A stretch of DNA of 37,838 nucleotides from Vicinamibacteria bacterium (GTDB lineage: Bacteria > Acidobacteriota > Vicinamibacteria > Vicinamibacterales > UBA2999): assembly GCA_025924295.1 (NCBI GenBank), contig JAICEG010000001.1:1-37838 (forward strand), in the 5' to 3' direction. This document shows positions 1-7,822 of this stretch, one piece after another. A program made the translations under genes and the position numbers. The notes beneath the pieces are model-generated. The model ran no database searches. It was not told the origin of the DNA and was given only the letters and a program-made list of their open reading frames with translations. Position 1 is the stretch's first letter. Each line of letters starts with the position of its first letter.

Positions 1-726
1 CGGCGGGATCATCATGTCGAGGATGCCGTTCAAGGCATCGATCTCCCCCTGGATGCTCCCGCCCTTCGCCATATCGATCACAGGAAAGTGGTTCGTATCG
101 AGGATGTCACCGGTCACAATCACATCGGCGCGCCTGAAGAAGACAATGCTGTCGCCGTTGGAGTGGGCGGCGGGCATGTATATGACCTGGATGCCGTCGC
201 CGTTGAGATACATGGGATAGCTGCGGCCCGTATAGGTCTTCGTTGGCTGCGCCGCAAAGGGAAATGGAGACCCTGGCGCGCTCATGCTGGTGAAGACGTT
301 TTCGTGCGCGAGGACACCGGCCGCCCCACCGCTCGTATAGACCTCCTCGCTCACGCCGCTGCTTCCTTGATGACCCAGAATCGTCTGCCCCGCCTTCGAG
401 AGCCTGTCATTGCCACCGACATGATCGGCGTCGGCGCTGGTGTTGATGACATAGCGAATCGGGCGGTCGGTCAGCCGCTTGACGGCCGCCAGCACCGCGT
501 CTGCCATCTGCGCCGATCCGGTGTCCACGAGAACGACGCCCGCCGGACCGATCTGCGCGGCCACGTTGCCGCCGGCGCCCGCGATCATGTAGAAATCGGG
601 TCGGACCTGCACGACATCCAGAGCGCCGCTGCCCTGCTGCGATGCACGGGCAAGTGGCGCTCCGCTCATCACACCGACTACGACACACAGGGACACCGAG
701 ACACCGAGAATCCTTTGGATAGTCAC
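1..726 (-). CDS. Exported MBL-fold metallo-hydrolase, paralog 1 (C-terminus cut by window edge)
   Basis: Absent from the ORF track because it has no stop inside the window. My minus-strand translation from GTG at 726-724 gives VTIQRILGVSVSLCVVVGVMSGAPLARA (signal-like). It continues ...VLVDTGSAQ...IRYVINTSADADHVGGN...PAAHSNGDSIVFFRRADVIVTGDIL. Colinear with the complete paralog at 18634-19668, and alignable at nucleotide level (61-180 vs 18961-19080). Confidence 0.8.
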   Translation of the reverse strand, partial: MTIQRILGVSVSLCVVVGVMSGAPLARASQQGSGALDVVQVRPDFYMIAGAGGNVAAQIGPAGVVLVDTGSAQMADAVLAAVKRLTDRPIRYVINTSADADHVGGNDRLSKAGQTILGHQGSSGVSEEVYTSGGAAGVLAHENVFTSMSAPGSPFPFAAQPTKTYTGRSYPMYLNGDGIQVIYMPAAHSNGDSIVFFRRADVIVTGDILDTNHFPVIDMAKGGSIQGEIDALNGILDMMIPP

Positions 727-729
727 GCT

Positions 730-1533
730 TCACTTCTTGGTTTCGCCCGTCAGCGGGTTGAAGCCGGGAATCGTGTGCACGCCGTATTGATTGTTCTCCT
801 GGCAGATGTATTCCATCAGCTCGTCCCCGGGCGGGCTGAGCGTCGCCATGAAGGTCACCGTGAACGGCTTCGTGAAGGCGCCAGGGTCGTCGATGGTCAC
901 CTTGTTCTCCATGCGGCCGAGATCCAGGCGCGTCCATCGCTCAATGGTGTGCAGTTGCTCGCTGTGAGGAGTCCCGCGGCGGTCGAACCAGAACTTGTCG
1001 TTGTAGCCGACGGTATCGATGACGAGCGTGTCTTTCTCCCACCATCCGATCGAGTGGCCATACCAGGTCGGGTCGGGATCGGGAGGGTGCTTGCGCCCAT
1101 CCATGAACACCTGCCGGTAGCTATGGATGTTGCCCTCTTGCAGGATGAAGAGGTGAGTCGCAGCCTTGTGTGTGGGCGTCTGCACCATGCGAAACGGAAA
1201 CGGCGTCGTTCGCGGCACGCCCATCGGGAGACAGCGATTGTGCGGCTCCTGGGTGACGTCCCTGGTGGCCATGAGCGCTTTCGCTGAAGGGAGCATCAGC
1301 GCGTCGAGCTCGCCGGGCTTGAGCCCTCCTTCGCGTTCGATGTCGTTGATGGGACCGCCACCGACCCAGACGCCGCTGAGATCGATGGTCCCGTCCGGCA
1401 AACGTGGGACGGGACCCGACGGAGGTCCCGCGCGCCGCTGAGTGCTGATCGATGACTGGCCCTGTTCCGGTGTTTGTGCCGACAGCACAAATGTCGTCAG
1501 AGCCAGTGCCGAGATGAGGAAGGTAGTTCTCAC
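730..1533 (-). CDS. Secreted protein of unknown function, WEG family subtype C (C1)
   Basis: 267-aa ORF with signal peptide MRTTFLISALALTTFVLSAQ. Ordered motifs IDLSGVW, NRC, FMDGRKHP, GWWEKDTLVIDT, IDDPGAFTKPF and EYICQENN are shared with 2363-3187 and 14362-15399. 3-nt gap to the MBL start. Confidence 0.85.
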   Translation of the reverse strand: MRTTFLISALALTTFVLSAQTPEQGQSSISTQRRAGPPSGPVPRLPDGTIDLSGVWVGGGPINDIEREGGLKPGELDALMLPSAKALMATRDVTQEPHNRCLPMGVPRTTPFPFRMVQTPTHKAATHLFILQEGNIHSYRQVFMDGRKHPPDPDPTWYGHSIGWWEKDTLVIDTVGYNDKFWFDRRGTPHSEQLHTIERWTRLDLGRMENKVTIDDPGAFTKPFTVTFMATLSPPGDELMEYICQENNQYGVHTIPGFNPLTGETKK

Positions 1534-1553
1534 GGAAGTCTCTCCGATGAGCG

Positions 1554-1940
1554 TTACTGGTCCGCCGTGCCGGAGAACACCTTGCGTCCGTCAGGGAGTA
1601 CAACCGATCGCGCGTTCGCGATAGGTGCGCCCGACCTCGCGTGGAACCCGTCGACGGTCACCGTATCACCCACTTTGAGCGCGTTTCTCGTCCAACCGTT
1701 CCGCGCGAGCGCGCTGACGGCGGCCAGCTCGACGTTCCAGTTGACGACCGTCCCGTTCGGCTGCGCGACGTCGATGTAGATCCGGGCATGCGGATTGGTC
1801 CATTCGATCCTGGTCACGCTCCCCTTCAACATCACCGTTTTCGATGTGTCGAACTCCCCCGCAATCGAGTGATGGGCGGGGAGCGCTCGGGATCCGCAGA
1901 GAACGATGGCGACGAGAAGGAACGCGAATGTCAATCTCAC
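1554..1940 (-). CDS. Small exported protein, DUF6152-like (copy a)
   Basis: 128 aa. Signal peptide ends ...RALPA, followed directly by HHSIAGEF. Has a WTNPH motif. The size and HHS...NPH pattern match my recollection of the DUF6152 family. Tandem paralog of 1962-2342. Confidence 0.8.
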   Translation of the reverse strand: MRLTFAFLLVAIVLCGSRALPAHHSIAGEFDTSKTVMLKGSVTRIEWTNPHARIYIDVAQPNGTVVNWNVELAAVSALARNGWTRNALKVGDTVTVDGFHARSGAPIANARSVVLPDGRKVFSGTADQ

Positions 1941-1961
1941 GGCAACACCTCCTGCGTTACG

Positions 1962-2342
1962 TCACTCCCAGCGGCCGACCGTCCTCCCGTCCTCGAACTT
2001 TGCACCGACGAAGCCGCCAGCCGGCGCACCATTGATCATCGGCCGCAGGCGCATCGTCACTTTCGCGCCGGGCGGAAACGTCGACGGACGGATGCCCTGG
2101 CGGCCGAGCGAATTGGGACTTCCCCACTCGACGCTCCACTCCACCTTCGCGCCCTTGTCGTCCTCGACGATGATCTGGATCCACGTGTGGGGATTGGTGA
2201 ACTGGAACTCCTTGATCGTTCCAGTCAGCTCGATCACCTTGTCGCTATTGAACCCCGCCCCCGAGTGATGCGCGGTGACCGGCGCACCTGCCGCGAGCAG
2301 TGCGGCGAACGCGAGAGCCCCGAGAAGCGCGTGCGTCCTCAT
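1962..2342 (-). CDS. Small exported protein, DUF6152-like (copy b)
   Basis: 126 aa. Signal peptide ends ...APVTA, followed by HHSGAGF. Has an FTNPH motif. Alignable along its whole length with 1554-1940. Confidence 0.8.
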   Translation of the reverse strand: MRTHALLGALAFAALLAAGAPVTAHHSGAGFNSDKVIELTGTIKEFQFTNPHTWIQIIVEDDKGAKVEWSVEWGSPNSLGRQGIRPSTFPPGAKVTMRLRPMINGAPAGGFVGAKFEDGRTVGRWE

Positions 2343-2362
2343 GGCGAATACCTCGCTGCTGA

Positions 2363-3187
2363 TTATTCCTTGTTGAGCGGCTTGCCGTCAGGACCGATGA
2401 CCAGCGTCTTGCCCGTGTCGATGTCGGCCGGATTACGGTTGTTCTCGGCGCAGCCATAGTCGTAGACACGCGTGCCCTCGGGCATCTTCGTGAACTGCTT
2501 GGTCACCACCCACGGCTTGGTCAACGCCTTTGGATCTTCGATCGTCATCTGGACCTGGATGGTCTTCGGATCGGTCTTGCGAATGCGAGTCGTCGCACGC
2601 GATTGATCGCTCAGGACGAGACCGGTCCTGTCGAGAATCACGTCCTTGTCGCGATAGCCCTTCAGCGCCACCGTTGTGAACACGAGCGTGTCGCCCTCCC
2701 AATGACCCACCGAATCGCCGGTGTAGGTCGCCCACTGATCTTCGAGGTGCTTCCGGCCGTCGGTGTAGATGCGCAGAACGTTGGGGCCGTTCTCGGTCAG
2801 CACCCACACCTGCTCCGGACGAACGACGAATTCGTACGGATCGGGAAGGTTGAAGTGGCGAGGGAATCCTGCCGGCACGCCGCAGTTCGAGATCGTATCG
2901 GGAAAGAGATTCTTGTCGCGCCGCTCCAGATGAGACTTGTAGATCGCTTCCCACTCCGCGTTGTAGGGAGGGTGCGACCTGACGCCAGCCGCGGTCGCAC
3001 CGCCCTGGCCTGTCTGCGTAGCGCGATCGAAGACCGTTCCCCCCACCATCGACCAGGCGCCGCTCCAATCGGGAAGCGTGTCGTAGGCCCGGACTGCTGA
3101 CGGCTGAGCTTGGGCGAGTGCGGCCGCGGGAAGCAGGGACAGAGATACCGTGAAGACGAACACTAACGGTCTGACCGTCGTGTGCAT
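2363..3187 (-). CDS. Secreted protein of unknown function, WEG family subtype C (C2)
   Basis: ORF 2363-3244 trimmed to the ATG at 3187, which has GAGGAG 7 nt upstream. This gives signal peptide MHTTVRPLVFVFTVSLSLLPAAALAQA. Motifs DWSGAW, SNC, YTDGRKH, GHWEGDTLVFTT, IEDPKALTKPW and DYGCAENN. Confidence 0.85.
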   Translation of the reverse strand: MHTTVRPLVFVFTVSLSLLPAAALAQAQPSAVRAYDTLPDWSGAWSMVGGTVFDRATQTGQGGATAAGVRSHPPYNAEWEAIYKSHLERRDKNLFPDTISNCGVPAGFPRHFNLPDPYEFVVRPEQVWVLTENGPNVLRIYTDGRKHLEDQWATYTGDSVGHWEGDTLVFTTVALKGYRDKDVILDRTGLVLSDQSRATTRIRKTDPKTIQVQMTIEDPKALTKPWVVTKQFTKMPEGTRVYDYGCAENNRNPADIDTGKTLVIGPDGKPLNKE

Positions 3188-3354
3188 GGGAATTCTCCTC
3201 GCCGGGACTCGAGAAGCTCCGCAACGCCGCGCGGACTCGGGCACACATTAGGAAACGCGGCCTTGTCTGTCAACTTCCAGCGCGTTAGGATTCCTGTCAT
3301 CCCTGAGTTGGCGACACTCACCCCGCGCGTCTGTCCCGACGGCGAGACCGCCCA

Positions 3355-5646
3355 TTGAGCACATTTCTTTCGCTCGTGTCGGCGCAGACCCTGGTCACCC
3401 TGTTCCTGGCCGCAGTGCTGTGGTCGCTCTCTCGGCATCTCCGTCGCCAGGAGTTGAATCGCTGGTGGGCGTGGGCGTGGACCGCGTCAGCCATCTTCCT
3501 CGTCGTCTCCCGGATTGCGGCCACACTCGCGCCCGGCTCGCTGCTGCGCAACGGCCTCGTGCTGATCGCCATAACCGCTGGATTCATGACGGTGCCGCTG
3601 CTCGCGTTCGGTGTCGTCAGCTTTTCGTCCCCCCGCGCTATTGGAAAGAGAGTGGCTGTTGCCGGGCTCGGCGCAGCCTTCGTCATCGGTGTACTGACGT
3701 ACACCGCATCCGAGCTCTGGGTCGATCCCATCGCGAGCTTTTCGGTTCGTCAGGGAGCGCGTACTCTGGCGCTCGGCAGTGTTCTGCTGTTCTGCGCCTG
3801 GGTGTTCTTCCAGCGCGCGCGTGTGACCCGGTCGTGGGCAACCACCATCACGGGAATCTCGTGCCTGATTTACGGCCTCAATCAGTTGTTCTTTGCATCC
3901 ACCCTGCTGCGCGCCGCCTACGCGAGTGCGTTCACCGGTGTCGCCGACCGGGCGGTGTTGAACGCCGTCGATCTGATCCTCCTCGACGTTGCATTCACAG
4001 GAGGCATCTGCCTGGGCATGATGCTCCTGCTCGTCGAAGAACATCAACGGGCAGAACGTGCCCTGAACGAGAGCGTCAACCGCGGCCGCGCGGTCTCAGA
4101 AGAAGTCGTGGCGCTGCAGACGGAAATCTTGAAACGGCAGCTGGTTGAACAGGAACTGCGGCGATCCGAGGAAAAGTTTGCATCCGCCTTTCACGCGAGC
4201 CCATGCGCGATGACCATCACCTCCCTCGACGGGGGGCGGTTCGTGGACGTCAACCACAGCTTCGAGCGGCAAATGGGCTACAGCAAGAGCGAGGTGATGG
4301 GGCGCAGCTCGGCGGAGCTCGACATGTGGCCCGTTCTCGCAGAGCGGGCACGCTTCTATACCGATCTGCTCGAACACGGACGTTCGCCGGAACGCGCAGT
4401 GACCCTGCGCACGAAGTCGGGCCGCACGATGTGGGCGATCCTCTCCGCTGAAACGATCACGGTCGAAGGCCAGCGCTGCGTCCTGTCAGTCGGGTTGGAC
4501 GTCACCGCGCGCAGGGAAGCCGAGGCACGACAAGCCGCGATCGTGAAGGCGCTCCCGGACTGGCTCTTTCTCTTGAGCAAAGAGGGCGAGTTCCTCGAGT
4601 TTCACGCCAAAGATCAAAGCCATCTCATGCTGCCGCCCGACCAGTTCATCGGCCGGCGCCTTGGCGACGTTTTGCCACCTGACCTGGCGACACGCATTTC
4701 CGGTTGCGTCGCCGATGCGCTGCAGTCGGATCAACTGGTCACGTTCGAATACTCGCTCCCGATCGGTGATGGCCTGCGATTCTACGAAGTGCGTGCTGTT
4801 CCCTCGGATCGCGATCGCGTGCTGTGCCTGGTGCGCGACATGACCGAACAGAAGCGCGCGCAGCACCGCGCGCGCGAGGTGCAGGACGAGCTCGCGCATG
4901 TCGGACGGGTGATGGCCCTCGGAACATTGACCGGCTCCCTCGCTCACGAGATCAACCAGCCACTGGCCGCGATCACGACCAACGCCCACACCGCACTGGT
5001 CATGCTCGAGGCGGCACAACCCGATGTCACAGAGGTGTGCGCCGCGCTCAACGACATCCAGAGCGACAGCCGCCGCATCGACGATGTCCTGCGCCAGCTG
5101 CGATCGATGCTCAGGAAAGAGCGCCGCGAGTACGACAAGGTCGAGGTCAATTCGCTGGTCACGGAAGTATCGGCGCTCGTCCACAGCGACATGATCCGCC
5201 ATCAGATCGCGCTCGACGTCGCACTGGCGCCGGATCTCAAACACGTCTACTGCGACCGCATCCAGATCCAGCAGGTCGTGCTCAACCTGCTGATGAACGC
5301 GTGCACGGCGGTGCGCTCGGTCGACGCCAGCCGGCGGCAGGTGCGACTCACCACGGCCGCACAGGACGGATGGGTGGTCGTGTCGGTATCGGATCGCGGA
5401 GTCGGGTGTCCGGACGATCAGCTCGACCGGATGTTCGAGCCGTTCTTCACGACGACAACCGATGGAATGGGGCTGGGTCTGTCCATCTGCCGAACGATCA
5501 TCGACGCGCACGGCGGGCTGATCTCGGCGAGACCCAACCCGGACCACGGGCTGACCTGCTGGTTCAGCCTCGCCGCGCTGGCGCCGGTCGAGGAGGCGCC
5601 CGTCAAACAACCATCACGGTCGATGCGGTCGGAGACGTGGAATTGA
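3355..5646 (+). CDS. Membrane sensor histidine kinase (multi-pass N-terminal domain, coiled coil, 2 PAS-like regions, HisKA, HATPase_c)
   Basis: 763-aa ORF. About 6-7 hydrophobic segments in aa 1-228. PAS-like stretches (EEKFASAFHASPCAMTI..., AIVKALPDWLFLLSKEGEFLEFH...). H-box SLAHEINQPLAAI with the His codon at 4945-4947. ATP-lid motifs DRGVGCP and GMGLGLSICRTII. The start is uncertain: TTG at 3355 or a GTG about 20 nt downstream. Confidence 0.85.
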   Translation: MSTFLSLVSAQTLVTLFLAAVLWSLSRHLRRQELNRWWAWAWTASAIFLVVSRIAATLAPGSLLRNGLVLIAITAGFMTVPLLAFGVVSFSSPRAIGKRVAVAGLGAAFVIGVLTYTASELWVDPIASFSVRQGARTLALGSVLLFCAWVFFQRARVTRSWATTITGISCLIYGLNQLFFASTLLRAAYASAFTGVADRAVLNAVDLILLDVAFTGGICLGMMLLLVEEHQRAERALNESVNRGRAVSEEVVALQTEILKRQLVEQELRRSEEKFASAFHASPCAMTITSLDGGRFVDVNHSFERQMGYSKSEVMGRSSAELDMWPVLAERARFYTDLLEHGRSPERAVTLRTKSGRTMWAILSAETITVEGQRCVLSVGLDVTARREAEARQAAIVKALPDWLFLLSKEGEFLEFHAKDQSHLMLPPDQFIGRRLGDVLPPDLATRISGCVADALQSDQLVTFEYSLPIGDGLRFYEVRAVPSDRDRVLCLVRDMTEQKRAQHRAREVQDELAHVGRVMALGTLTGSLAHEINQPLAAITTNAHTALVMLEAAQPDVTEVCAALNDIQSDSRRIDDVLRQLRSMLRKERREYDKVEVNSLVTEVSALVHSDMIRHQIALDVALAPDLKHVYCDRIQIQQVVLNLLMNACTAVRSVDASRRQVRLTTAAQDGWVVVSVSDRGVGCPDDQLDRMFEPFFTTTTDGMGLGLSICRTIIDAHGGLISARPNPDHGLTCWFSLAALAPVEEAPVKQPSRSMRSETWN

Positions 5647-6065
5647 GCGACGCCGCGGACCCCACGGTGTTCGTAGTCGATGACGATGCGTCGCTGCGAT
5701 TCGCGCTGCAGCGGCTGTTCCGCTCGTCCGGGTGGTCGGTGCAGACGTTCTCGTCGGCCGAGGAATTCCTCGAGCAGCCGCGCGACGACGCTCGCGCCTG
5801 TCTCATTGCCGATGTTCACCTTGGCCGCATGAGCGGACTGGAGCTCCTGGCGATTGTGGTGCGAACGCCGGCCGCCCTGCCGGCGATTCTGATCACCGGC
5901 TTCGATGGCGGCGTCACCGAGACCGAAGCGCTCCGCCTGGGTGCGTTCGCGTTCTTCCGCAAGCCATTCGATGCCTTCGAGCTGCTGCGCTGTGCGAGGC
6001 GCGCAGTCGAGCGCGGAACACCCACCCTCCAGGGCAAGCCTGCCGCGAACCTGCCCCGTTCCTGA
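5637..6065 (+). CDS. Single-domain response regulator (CheY-like receiver, no output domain)
   Basis: C-terminal part of track ORF 4824-6065. The GTG at 5637 overlaps the kinase stop at 5644-5646. Receiver motifs VFVVDDD, LIADVHLGRMSG, ILITG and FFRKPF. Only about 142 aa, so there is no room for a DNA-binding domain. Confidence 0.8.
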   Translation: MELSDAADPTVFVVDDDASLRFALQRLFRSSGWSVQTFSSAEEFLEQPRDDARACLIADVHLGRMSGLELLAIVVRTPAALPAILITGFDGGVTETEALRLGAFAFFRKPFDAFELLRCARRAVERGTPTLQGKPAANLPRS

Positions 6066-7769
6066 TTACCTGGTCGCCGTCGACCGCTCCCCCGCCGCGG
6101 CGTCGTAGACGACCCGGCCCCCGACGATCGTCAACACCGACGTGATGTCCTTGATCTGATCCGCTGGCACGGTCAGGTAGTCCTTGTCGGTCACGACGAG
6201 ATCGGCAAACCGGCCTGCCTGAATCGAGCCGAGATCGTTCTCGCGGAAGAACAGGTATGCGTTGTTCCGCGTGTGCGCGATCAACGCGGCCTCACGGCTG
6301 ACCGTATGCGTATTGACCACCGTCCCGCCGACCATCTTGCCGGTCACCGCGAAATACAACATCTGGAAGGGCCGGAACTGATTGACCTCGAAGGCATCTG
6401 TTCCGAATCCCCACATGATGCCGCTCTCCTGGATCTCGCGCATGGGCGGCATGGCGTTGCCCTTGTCCCCCTGGATGCGATGGAGCAGCCCGCCTGACAC
6501 GATCGGACGCGGGTTGAGAGCAATGAACATGTTGAGCTTCTTCATGCGCTCGATCTGTGACGGGGTCACACCTTCCATGTGCATGAACGACCACCGGAGC
6601 GGGCGCAGGTTGACCTCTTTGCTGATCTTCTCGAGCTGCGTGAGCTGTTCGCCAATCGCGATTTCGGTGACCGAGTGGAGTTGCACGGGAATGCCAGCCT
6701 TGGCGGCCGCGAGCGCGAAGCGGCCCCATGCGTCCCACACTTCCGGCGCTGCGATAGGTTCGGGACCGGGCGCGATGACGTCTCCGCCGCCACCACCGGG
6801 GAACCGCTCACCGTAGTTCGAGTTGTCCATCCACTCGTCGCCGTCGTGGAAGCGAAGCGAGGGAAGCTGCGCGATCATCTTCTCCTGCGCGCCGGCGCCA
6901 CGTCCCCCGCCGGGCACGGTCTTCTGGCAGAAGAAGCGCATGCTCGCGGTACCTTCCTTCTGGAACTGGCGGTAGAGGTCTTCCCACAGGCACTGGCCAC
7001 CCGACGCGGTCAAACCGGCCTTGGCGAGATCCCTGAGCATGACCTTCTGACTCGCGATGATGACGTCCATCGGCAGATTGGCCTTGCCTCCGTTGGGCGC
7101 GTCGAGGAACCCGGCCTGGTCGAACAGCGTGTTGCGGCCGGCGACACCGGTGATGCCGGTCGCCCGCCCGTTCGCGTCGCGCTCGATCCACGGCTCCTTG
7201 CGCTGCTCGAGCTTGAGCTCCTCGATCGCCTTGCTGTTGAGGTACTGCGCCGACCGCGTGAACTGGAGGAAGACGGGATTGTTCGGGGATACCTTGTCCA
7301 GCTCGTCGCGGGTGAACGGCTTCTTGTCGTCGGTGAACTGATCGGGCGACCAGCCCCCGAGGTTGAACACCCACTTGCCGGCGCCGACTTCCTTCGCCTT
7401 GGCGCGGATCATCTCGAGCGCCTGCTTGCGCGAGTCGACGCCGTCGAAGCGCAATTCGAGTGTCCAGTAGGCGCCTTCTTCCTGGAAGTGCGCGTGGTTA
7501 TCGATGAGCCCCGGCACCACGGATCGGCCGCGCAGGTCGATGCGGCGCGTGTTCGGCCCAGCCAGGCGTGTGATGTTCTGATTCGTCCCCACGGCCACGA
7601 TGCGGTCGCCACGGATCGCGACGGCCTGGGCGATCGAGAACTGATCGTCAACCGTGATGATCTTGCCGTTGGTGAGGATCATGTCTGCCGGCGCCGGCTG
7701 CTGTGCGTAGACCGACAACATGCCCACCGTCACCACGGCTACCACGAACGCCGACACCCAATATCTCAT
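6066..7769 (-). CDS. Exported amidohydrolase family protein (Amidohydro_3 / YtcJ-like), copy 1
   Basis: ORF 6066-7802 trimmed to the ATG at 7769 (MRYWVSAFVVAVVTVGMLSVYAQ; GGAGA 7 nt upstream). Motif PGLIDNHAHF. Alignable over its full length with 7823-9496. Confidence 0.85.
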   Translation of the reverse strand: MRYWVSAFVVAVVTVGMLSVYAQQPAPADMILTNGKIITVDDQFSIAQAVAIRGDRIVAVGTNQNITRLAGPNTRRIDLRGRSVVPGLIDNHAHFQEEGAYWTLELRFDGVDSRKQALEMIRAKAKEVGAGKWVFNLGGWSPDQFTDDKKPFTRDELDKVSPNNPVFLQFTRSAQYLNSKAIEELKLEQRKEPWIERDANGRATGITGVAGRNTLFDQAGFLDAPNGGKANLPMDVIIASQKVMLRDLAKAGLTASGGQCLWEDLYRQFQKEGTASMRFFCQKTVPGGGRGAGAQEKMIAQLPSLRFHDGDEWMDNSNYGERFPGGGGGDVIAPGPEPIAAPEVWDAWGRFALAAAKAGIPVQLHSVTEIAIGEQLTQLEKISKEVNLRPLRWSFMHMEGVTPSQIERMKKLNMFIALNPRPIVSGGLLHRIQGDKGNAMPPMREIQESGIMWGFGTDAFEVNQFRPFQMLYFAVTGKMVGGTVVNTHTVSREAALIAHTRNNAYLFFRENDLGSIQAGRFADLVVTDKDYLTVPADQIKDITSVLTIVGGRVVYDAAAGERSTATR

Positions 7770-7775
7770 CGTGAT

Positions 7776-7806
7776 TCTCCAGGTCCGGCTGAAGCCGGAC
7801 ACTACG
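7776..7806. repeat. 31-nt hairpin-containing intergenic repeat, copy 1
   Basis: Sequence TCTCCAGGTCCGGCTGAAGCCGGACACTACG. A 7-bp GC stem (7783-7789 pairing with 7794-7800) encloses a 4-nt loop. 30/31 identical to 23831-23861. Lies between the upstream stop (7823) and the downstream RBS/ATG (7769) on the minus strand. Confidence 0.85.
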
Positions 7807-7822
7807 CTGAATCCTACTCTCT

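Noticed and set aside
88-1287. 399-aa plus-strand ORF across the MBL1/C1 genes. Similar long alternative-frame ORFs: 4486-5610(-), 6579-7856(+), 8261-9709(+), 12299-13591(+), 17286-18014(+), 19682-20809(-), 22481-23644(+), 23937-24986(+), 25500-26159(+)
   Set aside because: All are antisense or out of frame to ORFs with clear family motifs. All are Arg/Ala/Gly/Pro/His-rich without motifs. They were treated as GC-driven shadow ORFs.
3188-3354. Looked for operator or sigma-54-type motifs in the divergent region between operon 1 and the histidine kinase (for example AACGCG...CGCGTT and two TTAGGA(A/T) repeats)
   Set aside because: Only 6-bp matches with irregular spacing were found. These are not distinguishable from chance by eye.
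4824-5636. Long N-terminal part of track ORF 4824-6065 (413 aa)
   Set aside because: This part lies out of frame inside the histidine-kinase gene and is Arg/Pro/Gly-rich. Only the last ~142 codons (from the GTG at 5637) look like a receiver domain.
7770-7802. N-terminal extension MSGFSRTWRIT of ORF 6066-7802, and the near-identical MSGFSRTRRPY of ORF 22541-23857 (23825-23857)
   Set aside because: The shared peptide is just the translation of the 31-nt hairpin repeat. In both cases a proper GGAGA RBS and an ATG followed by a signal peptide lie immediately downstream. The shorter starts (7769, 23824) were therefore adopted.
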